A stretch of DNA of 64,000 bases, from positions 160,001 through 224,000 of the IMG/VR virus record IMGVR_UViG_3300028048_000038. One strand, given 5' to 3'. The notes beneath the pieces are model-generated. The model was given only the letters and a program-made list of their open reading frames with translations, made no database searches and was not told the origin of the DNA. The first letter of the stretch is position 1. Each line of letters opens with the position of its first letter. Below are positions 55,028 through 64,000 of this stretch, piece after piece. Position numbers and translations under genes: made by a program. The DNA comes from a virus (Duplodnaviria > Caudoviricetes).

Positions 55028-58000
55028 TTTATTTCTTTGTCTTTAACATAATTATTTTCTTTCTCAATTTCCATCTCTCTTCCAATTATATCATCCTCAG
55101 AATATAAACCATAATTTCCGAATGGGTCTTGTCTCTTTACATATAAATCGATTCGTCTATTAATATAGAATGCCCCATTAGTAAATGGATATGTTTCAAT
55201 CGATTTGTCTGAAGAATTTGTTCCGTTATTATTAACATTCCTCCAAATGAATCTACAGCTTCCGTCTTTTATTACATGTGCATAAGAAGGTATATTCATA
55301 TTATCTAACTTACACAGCTTATAATACAAGATATTAGATGACGATGAGAACAAATCTGGAACCTTATCAGTCTTATTACCCTTTTCATCATAGATATCAC
55401 ACACGAACACCTTTTCATTAATTGCACTTGTTGTTATACAATAGAAATATTCATCTGTTTCTGTATTATATATCATGGTTTTATCACCAACACCTAAGAA
55501 GTGGTTTTGCAAACAAGTAATTCTAGTTCCATTAGGCGCATTAACTAATGACCTAATAGTTAGGAACGTAGGCATTATTGAGTTTAACTTATCAAAGCTC
55601 TTTATAGGTATTTCATAATGAGGTACATAATAATATCCCTCATTCTTTTTATTGGCATCAGTTACAGCAGTACTTTTAATTACATATCTATCATTCTTAT
55701 CATAGTCATCATTATAGATTTCATCATATACATATGATTTAAAGTAGTCATTTGATGCTGACCTATTGGATTCCCTTTGGGCTGTATTGAATCTATGCAG
55801 CATAGGCTGTATGTGTTCTTCTACAGCATTGAAACTATCGTAACATGATAAATCACCATAGAAATTAATATCATTGTAGAACCATACCTCATCTTCATCT
55901 ATTCCATATATACTGCCTAATGACGAAGTATAATTATATATTCTACTATCATTGATTAGACTACAATTATATCCACCATTTATACCACTATTATTTATAG
56001 ACTTTATATTTCTTATATTAGTCTCATCTGCTGATTCATCTGAAAGCTCAAACCCACAAGTTATCTTACCAAAACAGTGAGAATATTCTACCGTACTATT
56101 AGCAATTTCACTAATTTTCCATTGTGTTGGCTTATTTGTAAAACCATACCACTCTTTATAACCTTTATTATTCTTGATTATTGTTAAATATAATGATGTA
56201 ATTGGTCTTCCTAGGTTATCCTTTATATTAGATATATCTATATCATCAGTAAACACTATTTCCCCAACCTCATCAGAGTATATGTTTTTTGCAAATGCAA
56301 GTCTTGAAACATGACTTTCAAAGTCATATTTTGGGCCTTGATATGTTTTAATCATGGTGCTATTGCCGCCATACAAGTCATATTCGCTTGTTGTACCACT
56401 TGCAAACTTGAAGTTTGGAAGCCTTGAGAATATTCTTACGTAATAATCACACTCAATTCCGTTAACAACTTTTTTATAAGAAATATGTTGGGATTTTTCA
56501 TCAAAATTTACATATCCATTGCTATCTGAATGAGAATTTACAATATAATACTTATGCGTTTCTCCATCATCGTCTTCTCTATAAAAATAACTTCGTTTAC
56601 CTTCGTTTAATGTGTATTCTATATCATCTAAAATTATCTTTTTGGCAACTATATCATTTTTAGTCACTTGAACCCATGAATTACTGATTTTTGTTGTAGC
56701 TCCAAATACTGTAAATATGTAATCATCTGCTACATCACTAACCTCAGCTTCTTCAATTACCATCTCATTGTTCGTCTTTCCATTTTCGGTATAAGTCCTA
56801 TAAATATTTACATAATCTCCAACAGATAAACCATGTTTTGTAACACTATAGATTACAAGCTGGCTAGCACCATTATCGGCAATTGTATTTTCATCGAAAT
56901 ACATCGTTTTTAATGCATTCAAGTTCTCATTGGTCTCTATAATATCTTCGAAACCAATAGTTGTTGAAGAACTAGGATATGTTATACAATAGTTCCAGTT
57001 TTTCTCGATTCTATGCCTTGCCTCGTTCCATTTCGGTATAAAAGAATATAAATCCCTAGACGGATACATATCTATAAAATCACCACCATTCATATACATC
57101 AAAGGTCTTTCTATACCTAATGTTTCGTTAGAATCGAATTCATCATATGACTTTATCTTAGATGCATTTGGAAAACCAAGCCATCCATTGTATTTATCAA
57201 GAAGTTTTGAATTAATGGTATCTTTAAATGAGTATATATCATCATATTCATACAAATGCCTAGCCAAAATCTTTGTATTACCATCTATTTGGGCTGATAT
57301 TGGAAAATACATTTTTTCAATAACCTTATTACCATTAATATCCCTCATCACATCAGCAATAGTGTTGAATGCTCCATATGATGCATTACTACTATGTGAT
57401 GATTCACAACCACTTTTTTCAACTTCATAAGGAAACTTATTAACTGGCTTAAATGTCTTACTTCTTAATAAATGATTATTGAAGATGTCTAAACCGCAAT
57501 GATATATAAAAGGTAATCCTTTTGAATCCTCTTTTGACAACTGCATATCCCTAATAGCATTAGTTGGATGTTTGGAGTTAACTTCATCGAAGCACTGACC
57601 ATTTTCGTAATCTCTACTTGATGAAATGACAGCTTGTGTTATGGTTGTAGAATGAGATAAAGTAGTGGCTCTATTGTCAACACTTTGATAAAATGCAGTA
57701 TTTCCACTCCAAAACTCCATAGTAGGCTCTTTGTATTTAACACAATTAAATACATCATAAGTACTAGTACTTGGTGTACCGCAAAAACCATAATTAATCA
57801 TTGTAATACCACTACTACCCTCATCTTTAACAATTTCTGTTATGCGATTAAACAGTACATTGGTACAAATAGGATTAACTTGGCATGTAAGACGTATAAT
57901 ATTACACTCTTTTCTTTCTTTTTCATATTGTTCGTATGCACTTATGATATATGAGGTGTCTGTGGATGGTATAAGTTTCCTTTTACCACCCAAAGACACG

Positions 58001-58068
58001 TTTAACCCACTTGTATTGCTAACTGAGTTCTTACTACTAAACTCATCAAGAAAAATGTTTGTATCCAT
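55021..58068 (-). CDS. Putative virion structural protein
   Basis: 1015 aa, TAATG-coupled to the upstream gene. Confidence 0.55.
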   Translation of the reverse strand: MDTNIFLDEFSSKNSVSNTSGLNVSLGGKRKLIPSTDTSYIISAYEQYEKERKECNIIRLTCQVNPICTNVLFNRITEIVKDEGSSGITMINYGFCGTPSTSTYDVFNCVKYKEPTMEFWSGNTAFYQSVDNRATTLSHSTTITQAVISSSRDYENGQCFDEVNSKHPTNAIRDMQLSKEDSKGLPFIYHCGLDIFNNHLLRSKTFKPVNKFPYEVEKSGCESSHSSNASYGAFNTIADVMRDINGNKVIEKMYFPISAQIDGNTKILARHLYEYDDIYSFKDTINSKLLDKYNGWLGFPNASKIKSYDEFDSNETLGIERPLMYMNGGDFIDMYPSRDLYSFIPKWNEARHRIEKNWNYCITYPSSSTTIGFEDIIETNENLNALKTMYFDENTIADNGASQLVIYSVTKHGLSVGDYVNIYRTYTENGKTNNEMVIEEAEVSDVADDYIFTVFGATTKISNSWVQVTKNDIVAKKIILDDIEYTLNEGKRSYFYREDDDGETHKYYIVNSHSDSNGYVNFDEKSQHISYKKVVNGIECDYYVRIFSRLPNFKFASGTTSEYDLYGGNSTMIKTYQGPKYDFESHVSRLAFAKNIYSDEVGEIVFTDDIDISNIKDNLGRPITSLYLTIIKNNKGYKEWYGFTNKPTQWKISEIANSTVEYSHCFGKITCGFELSDESADETNIRNIKSINNSGINGGYNCSLINDSRIYNYTSSLGSIYGIDEDEVWFYNDINFYGDLSCYDSFNAVEEHIQPMLHRFNTAQRESNRSASNDYFKSYVYDEIYNDDYDKNDRYVIKSTAVTDANKKNEGYYYVPHYEIPIKSFDKLNSIMPTFLTIRSLVNAPNGTRITCLQNHFLGVGDKTMIYNTETDEYFYCITTSAINEKVFVCDIYDEKGNKTDKVPDLFSSSSNILYYKLCKLDNMNIPSYAHVIKDGSCRFIWRNVNNNGTNSSDKSIETYPFTNGAFYINRRIDLYVKRQDPFGNYGLYSEDDIIGREMEIEKENNYVKDKEIKC

Positions 58069-61000
58069 TAATTAAGAATATACGCTATTGTTATTTGAGG
58101 AGTATTAGGGTCTGTTGGCAATGTTTGAACTGGTGCTTGCAACAAGAAGTCTCCAATTTTATAAGAGAAACCTGAACTTGTTTTAGCTAACATATAACAA
58201 CGCCACCTACCACTACGATTAGTATCATCGTTCATAATACCCATTTCTTGAGACCATTTCATTGTTAATTGTAGCAAGATTTTTCCATCTTGTACGTATG
58301 TCTCTTCATTCATCATCTTAACAGTACTACAATCTACATAATATTCATCCTCACTGTCATTATCCTTTCTAAACATGAAAGAGAATGACATATTACTAAA
58401 ATCTACGAATGCTTGGTTGGTTAAACCAGTAGATGGGTCTCCGGTTAATCTAATACACATTTGGAATGTTACTGTTTGTGTGTAAATCTTAGATTCACCA
58501 GTTCCTTCTTCTGTTTCCTCACTTGGTTCATCATCAGTTATCGGAGTATCGTTACCTTCATTACTTTCATCATTAGTAGTTGGTTCTTCCTCTTCAGTCT
58601 CTACCTCCACTTCAGTTTCCAAATTCCTTAATTCAACATAACTTAAAGGATTATCAGCAGTTCCACTATCGAATTTGAGTAGAATATTTCTAACGTCAAT
58701 AAACTCACTAATTTCAATAGTCCTTATGTTATTGATTAACATATTATCTGCATTACTAACATATACCCTATCAACTAATACTGAAAACGCCTTAACACTG
58801 TTAAATACATTATGGTCGAGTGATTTCATGAAAGTAACTTTATTAAATGCATCACTATCTGATGTTACGTAACTTTCATCTGATGTATTATATAAGAATC
58901 TACCCCAGATTTCATTATTATAATTATCACGTAATTCTTCTCTATATTCAAATCCTTCTGGTAACACAACATCATGACCACCAAAAAGCAAACTTATTAT
59001 TGATGCATCTCCTCTAAATTGATAAAATGTAACGTTGTTCATCGCATCATCAAGCGATTTCTCAGCCGCTATTTCACCATTTGGAGTTGTGGTTTTAATA
59101 TAAGTAATTCCATCAACTTTAATAATTACACCATCTCGATTTATTTCTGTGTATGGCAATACTCTAATCAATCTAGGTAATCTAGTATATATGTCAAAGT
59201 CATTTGCGCTTTTTTGTGATATGGTAAATATTAAGTTAGCTGCATTTGCAATGAATAGGCTGTAGCCATCAGAAGTGCCGTTTAATCTATATTCAACGTT
59301 TCCTAAAGTTCTGTTATTAGATGATGGCTGCATAAAACGAACTGGTTTATCAAATTCAAAATCCAAATCGAAAGTTTCACCTTCCTTAACTTCAGCAGAA
59401 ATGGTGGCATCTTCATTTATAGTAGTCTGAACACCACCATAGGAACATGAAGTTACCCTAAAATTATAAGTACCTAAAGGCAATATGTTACACACATCAA
59501 TAAACCTCTTTGTAGGATAATTATTTGGTCTTATTACATCCTCTCTATTAAAATCACCATTATATAAGTTCGTTTGAGTTGATGGATATGAGAACACATA
59601 AGGATTAGGTGTCGCACGAAGTTTATCCAAACCTTTACCGCCTTGTCCTTGTGGTAACGGGTCAGTGATGAACTTGCTAAGTCTATTTTTATTAAAAGTA
59701 GACCAGAAATAATTTCTTATATCAACGCCACATAATGTTGCCTCATAAAAACGTTTATTCATGGTTTTATTAGCAGTTGATGTGTCACCATCCCAAAACA
59801 CGTCAGTTGGTTTGTTATAAATAGTTTTAGCATCGCTGTCACCTTGTGATATAGTGTAACTATATTCCAAAAATTTATTAGAAGAAACTGATACAAGATT
59901 ACCATCATCATCAGTGGTCGTGTCAGCACTTATTATACTAAAATCAGAATCATATGACATCTCAATTCCACCATAAACAGTACCAAATATACGTGCAGCT
60001 TTCCAAGGTCTATTTTTATCTATCAACGTTCCTTCGGTTGTAGGATTTTCATATAGACTAAAAGTAGAGCCTATAACTGGTCCTATGAATGTTAAATCAT
60101 AGTCTAGTCTTCTATCAACTGCCATTGCTCTAAGATATGGTAACGTATTTCTATTTCTATCATTATCTAGATGTTGTGGATGTTGCAAACGTTTATATAC
60201 ACGCTCAAAATTGCCAATACTTCCTTTAATAATCTTTCCAATCTCTTTTGGTGTATTACTATCGTAAGGGCTAACAGATGCGAAACTAGGACTTCTCAAT
60301 GATGACATACTAAGGTCTAATTCTTTCTTGTTCTTATATCCACCATTGTTACTAAATGCCGCAAAATAATTTCCAATTGCAGTATTGGCATAATATCCAC
60401 GTTCATATTGTCCATCATAGGTATTTAATCTTGGGTTATTAACACCTTCTCTAATACCCCATCCACCGCTATAGTTATTTCCAATTATATTAGGATACTT
60501 CTTTGTTACGGTTGCCATGTTAACATCATCCAAATAATATGTTGATTTTGCGTTATTTGAGTCAGCATACGCTGGTAACACACTTCTATACAACGTTGGT
60601 TGTACGCCACCAATTGCATGATAATTAAATTCATATGTTGTATATACAGCATCAGACAAACTAAACATTTTCTTAAACTTATAGTTAATAATTAATAGTT
60701 TGACAGAAGGAGACGTTATACTAGCATTTCCAAAATCAATGAAATCCTCCCATACAACTTGGTTTCTTGACACAGTTATTGTATCTGGTCTTCCAAATTG
60801 ATATGAGTCTTCTTGGTGAACACCAAACCAACCACAAATATTCCTATCAGTGGCATTCTCGATTAGGTCACTCTTATAGAACATACTTGTATTTGATATT
60901 GATGCGTTTTCATCGTCACTGTTTGTTCCAAGCATAAATCTTACTGGCATATCATTTAAGAATGCATTAAAGTTTTCACCATTAAATACTCTAACAATCT

Positions 61001-64000
61001 CTGTATAAGAGTTGTCAGTTATTAGTTTACCATTACACACTTGATACATTGAAATGCTATACTTCTTTGGTTGATAGACATCGATTTGCATATACTTTGT
61101 TGCGTTTGCCCCTTCTCCATCAGCATATATTCTTATTCTAGGTGTTTCACCATTACAAAAGCATTTCTTGATATCTCCAACATGTTCTGACTCCAAATTC
61201 TTAATTGCTAGATATACATAACATCCTTCAGAGATTTCACCAGTTTGGAATACGGTTTCTCCATTTTCTACTCTTTTTAATTTAATGAACACTATAAAAC
61301 CATCATAGTCAGGATTATAAGAAGGAGGAACTATATCACCAGTTGGCATATCTAGTTCACAATTCATACCATCAACAGAGAAACCACTTAATACAATTCT
61401 ACCATAATAATCGTTTTCCTCGTTACAAATGTAACTCATTCTAGACGTTGATGTATTATAGAACTTAGTACCAAGTTTATATGAGGCATAAGCAAACGAC
61501 ATTGTTTGCATATCAAGTTCTATTTTACTAGAAACTTTCTTACCATTATCATCAATAACGGTTAAACTATATATTTGATTAGACAAACCAGTTAGACCAT
61601 AATCATTTTCAACCGCTTCATAAACCTTTGGAGTGCTAGGGTCATCATCGTCATCTACTGGTATTTGATATTTAACTTTACCTTCATCTTCAACATCGCC
61701 AATGGTGAATGTTGTAGCTGTCATATCGCTTTCACCAACAACTAAATTATCAAGTGAATCATATAATGAATATGAGAATGGTGCTTGTATATCGTCTAAT
61801 ATGACTTTGATATATGCATAGGAATCCTTCTTATGATTACCTTTATATGGACAAGCACAATAAGACCTAGGTCTTGATTCTACATCAAGAGAGAATGGGT
61901 CTTTATTGTTTTGTACACATTCAGCCAAGAAAAGGTTGGTAAACTTATCAATTGCAGTATTGCCTTTGTTAATACCAAAATAGAAATAGAATGAATTATT
62001 ATACAAAGGCATATGATAATCACTACCTTTTGCATGATAAAAGTGTCTAATCCTTCCATGATATTTACCTATTTCACCTTTCTTATAGTTTTCTGCACCA
62101 AATCTGAAGGTAAGATATGCTTCATCTTGTTCATCATACATTGCTTGTTCAAAGTTTCCTTTATAGGCATTCATTGGACCTTGCATTCTTCCATCAAAAT
62201 CAGTTGGGAAAATATATTTGAACTTTGGTACAAGATATGTAGTATTTTCATCTTCGACTTGTGTAGTATACTTAGCGCCAATTTCATCGAGATATACTTG
62301 TGGCACAAATCCCAAATGATTCAATGTTGCGAACATTGAACGGTTATTCATATCATCAAGTTCATACTTGGTGATAAATCCATCTGATTCGATAAGACCA
62401 GTTTGTATACCGTTTCCACCATTTGAATATGCCATGTTGTGTGTCATATCTAAACTAACACCAAGTTCACTCAGCCTTTCAACATTAATACAAGATTTAA
62501 GTCTTGTTTCAGCATATGTGCAGAACAAGTCAATAAAAAGTCCAGTCTTATAAGCTGGAGTTTCTGAATCGCCACGATAGCCCCAGTCCATACCAGTAGT
62601 AATTGATGTTCCACTATCTTTACCTTCACTTGCATCGTATTTTGGAACATCGGTATCTTCTTCGCTTGTTGATTCTTCAATTGACGCAATTGGTGGTATA
62701 TTTGCTGTTGTTGAAGGTAATACCTTAAAGAATTGTGGTATACCATACAAGTTATCTTCATTTATATTACCCAACAAAATAATATCTGTAGCATATAATC
62801 TTATTGCCTTAAAACCAGCTTCACGATTACTGATTAATTGGTATTCACCCTCATCAACAGGTTGCATTGCTACATAATAATATACTGTAAGACCATCTTT
62901 ATTCTTAACACCTTTTATTAAGCCATTTTCATATCTTACTTGTTTTGCCTCCCTTTTATGCCACATTGTAATTGAATCATTGGAAGCAACATCACTATTA
63001 ACCGTTAGGCTTTCATCACTATATGGAATATCGCAAGTTACATATGTCTTTAATCTACTGTATCTTTTATTACAGTCACAAAACTCATTCTTTGCGCTTC
63101 TAGAGAATAATCCAAACAAAAAGGTTTGCTTTTTTGTTTTTTTCCAATACCACAAAGGCATGTATAGACAACCATTAATCCAATCTTGGTATAAATCCAA
63201 TTTTACGACATTATATTGTAGTGCAAGGTTTTGTTGTACCTTATCTTTTAGTTCACTATTATTGTCACTTTTCCTACAATTTGGCATTTCTGGGTCGCAA
63301 TCAACAGCATCTTTTCCCTTTCCACAATAGCAGCCAGGAAGATACATAACATTACCTTCTGTTAAACCAGCTGATAATGGTATACATGGAATATATGGAA
63401 TATCTGGAATCCACTTAAACAAATATTTAATAGGCCAAGGTTTCTTAAGCAAACCAAAGACATTGTTTATTAATTGTATCATTCCATTTAAAAGACATAC
63501 AAGTACGTTAATAAAGCTTATAATGACCAATACAATAGTAAACAATATACATACAATCATATACATGAAAGGTATGTCAATACTCATTTTATTAAATGGT
63601 ATTGGATTTTGATTATCTGTTATATTAGAACCCTTTAATGCCCCATAGTTATCTGAATACGGTCTATGGGCAACTTGCACCTTTGGTATATAGTTTTTTA
63701 CGCTATACACGTTATTCCAATAAAGGTCACGAAAACAGCTTTGTGGTGTATTTGAACCAAAGTTATATAATTTTTCAAAATCAGCACCACTTACTTGTGA
63801 CCTAGGGGTTATATTGTTACCATCTTTGTCCTCCATTATCAATGGATTCATTGGAACTAGGTATTTCGCTGTGTGTCTAGAATATCCCTCATCTCCAGTT
63901 TCAGTCTTACTAAATCTGAATCTAACTTGAGTTCTAGTTGGGATACCTTTGTTTGGGTTATCTGTTGGAACAATATTACCATACTCATCAGTTCCAACAT
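58068..64000 (-). CDS. Very large putative virion protein (>1970 aa), 5'-truncated by the window edge
   Basis: The frame stays open upstream of 63851 to the window end (VGTDEYGNIVPTDNPNKGIPTRTQVRFRF...); contains a hydrophobic segment and an acidic linker. Confidence 0.75.
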   Translation of the reverse strand, partial: VGTDEYGNIVPTDNPNKGIPTRTQVRFRFSKTETGDEGYSRHTAKYLVPMNPLIMEDKDGNNITPRSQVSGADFEKLYNFGSNTPQSCFRDLYWNNVYSVKNYIPKVQVAHRPYSDNYGALKGSNITDNQNPIPFNKMSIDIPFMYMIVCILFTIVLVIISFINVLVCLLNGMIQLINNVFGLLKKPWPIKYLFKWIPDIPYIPCIPLSAGLTEGNVMYLPGCYCGKGKDAVDCDPEMPNCRKSDNNSELKDKVQQNLALQYNVVKLDLYQDWINGCLYMPLWYWKKTKKQTFLFGLFSRSAKNEFCDCNKRYSRLKTYVTCDIPYSDESLTVNSDVASNDSITMWHKREAKQVRYENGLIKGVKNKDGLTVYYYVAMQPVDEGEYQLISNREAGFKAIRLYATDIILLGNINEDNLYGIPQFFKVLPSTTANIPPIASIEESTSEEDTDVPKYDASEGKDSGTSITTGMDWGYRGDSETPAYKTGLFIDLFCTYAETRLKSCINVERLSELGVSLDMTHNMAYSNGGNGIQTGLIESDGFITKYELDDMNNRSMFATLNHLGFVPQVYLDEIGAKYTTQVEDENTTYLVPKFKYIFPTDFDGRMQGPMNAYKGNFEQAMYDEQDEAYLTFRFGAENYKKGEIGKYHGRIRHFYHAKGSDYHMPLYNNSFYFYFGINKGNTAIDKFTNLFLAECVQNNKDPFSLDVESRPRSYCACPYKGNHKKDSYAYIKVILDDIQAPFSYSLYDSLDNLVVGESDMTATTFTIGDVEDEGKVKYQIPVDDDDDPSTPKVYEAVENDYGLTGLSNQIYSLTVIDDNGKKVSSKIELDMQTMSFAYASYKLGTKFYNTSTSRMSYICNEENDYYGRIVLSGFSVDGMNCELDMPTGDIVPPSYNPDYDGFIVFIKLKRVENGETVFQTGEISEGCYVYLAIKNLESEHVGDIKKCFCNGETPRIRIYADGEGANATKYMQIDVYQPKKYSISMYQVCNGKLITDNSYTEIVRVFNGENFNAFLNDMPVRFMLGTNSDDENASISNTSMFYKSDLIENATDRNICGWFGVHQEDSYQFGRPDTITVSRNQVVWEDFIDFGNASITSPSVKLLIINYKFKKMFSLSDAVYTTYEFNYHAIGGVQPTLYRSVLPAYADSNNAKSTYYLDDVNMATVTKKYPNIIGNNYSGGWGIREGVNNPRLNTYDGQYERGYYANTAIGNYFAAFSNNGGYKNKKELDLSMSSLRSPSFASVSPYDSNTPKEIGKIIKGSIGNFERVYKRLQHPQHLDNDRNRNTLPYLRAMAVDRRLDYDLTFIGPVIGSTFSLYENPTTEGTLIDKNRPWKAARIFGTVYGGIEMSYDSDFSIISADTTTDDDGNLVSVSSNKFLEYSYTISQGDSDAKTIYNKPTDVFWDGDTSTANKTMNKRFYEATLCGVDIRNYFWSTFNKNRLSKFITDPLPQGQGGKGLDKLRATPNPYVFSYPSTQTNLYNGDFNREDVIRPNNYPTKRFIDVCNILPLGTYNFRVTSCSYGGVQTTINEDATISAEVKEGETFDLDFEFDKPVRFMQPSSNNRTLGNVEYRLNGTSDGYSLFIANAANLIFTISQKSANDFDIYTRLPRLIRVLPYTEINRDGVIIKVDGITYIKTTTPNGEIAAEKSLDDAMNNVTFYQFRGDASIISLLFGGHDVVLPEGFEYREELRDNYNNEIWGRFLYNTSDESYVTSDSDAFNKVTFMKSLDHNVFNSVKAFSVLVDRVYVSNADNMLINNIRTIEISEFIDVRNILLKFDSGTADNPLSYVELRNLETEVEVETEEEEPTTNDESNEGNDTPITDDEPSEETEEGTGESKIYTQTVTFQMCIRLTGDPSTGLTNQAFVDFSNMSFSFMFRKDNDSEDEYYVDCSTVKMMNEETYVQDGKILLQLTMKWSQEMGIMNDDTNRSGRWRCYMLAKTSSGFSYKIGDFLLQAPVQTLPTDPNTPQITIAYILN

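Noticed and set aside
1-64000. Genome-wide TAG reassignment (code 15, as in Lak megaphages)
   Set aside because: ORFs up to ~2000 aa are unbroken in the standard code and genes tile densely. TAG ends genes at plausible positions (10778, 27198). Only one suspicious in-frame TAG was seen.

Overview
A 64-kb, AT-rich, almost entirely minus-strand segment of a very large (jumbo/mega) tailed phage. The host is very probably Bacteroidota (Prevotella-like): about 15 copies of the TTTG-N19-21-TAnnTTTG promoter, a T9SS-type cargo protease and an OmpA-like gene point that way. The standard genetic code fits the annotated genes. 1-4.7 kb is an RNA-gene cluster with 8 tRNAs (several structurally odd) and several non-canonical tRNA-shaped RNAs. 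5-31.7 kb holds host-takeover and stress genes (TelA, SSB, RtcB, radical SAM, NadE, TyrRS, DUF2828/VWA Ro60-like protein, sigma-70, IF-3, macro-like, AAA ATPase, DnaJ, DnaK, phosphatases, exonuclease), interspersed with homing-endonuclease-like genes. 31.9-64 kb is mainly virion/tail genes (Cys-rich Ig/BACON-like proteins, a tail fibre with an S74 chaperone, large structural proteins). The best candidate for an undescribed system is a family of four small RNAs. Each has a co-varying 7-8 bp terminal stem followed by an invariant ACAGCAA and encloses a different tRNA-like cargo. One cargo is a complete, circularly permuted tRNA-Ile(GAU) opened in the D-loop. They share the region with RtcB and a Ro60/TROVE-like protein, which suggests a phage Y-RNA-like or tRNA-repair/permutation system. 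Also notable: a 257-nt tRNA-shaped RNA with a centred CUA loop, two tRNA-Tyr with non-bacterial first base pairs plus a phage TyrRS, and a direct-repeat cassette around a putative adhesin gene. All structures were paired by eye and no searches were run.
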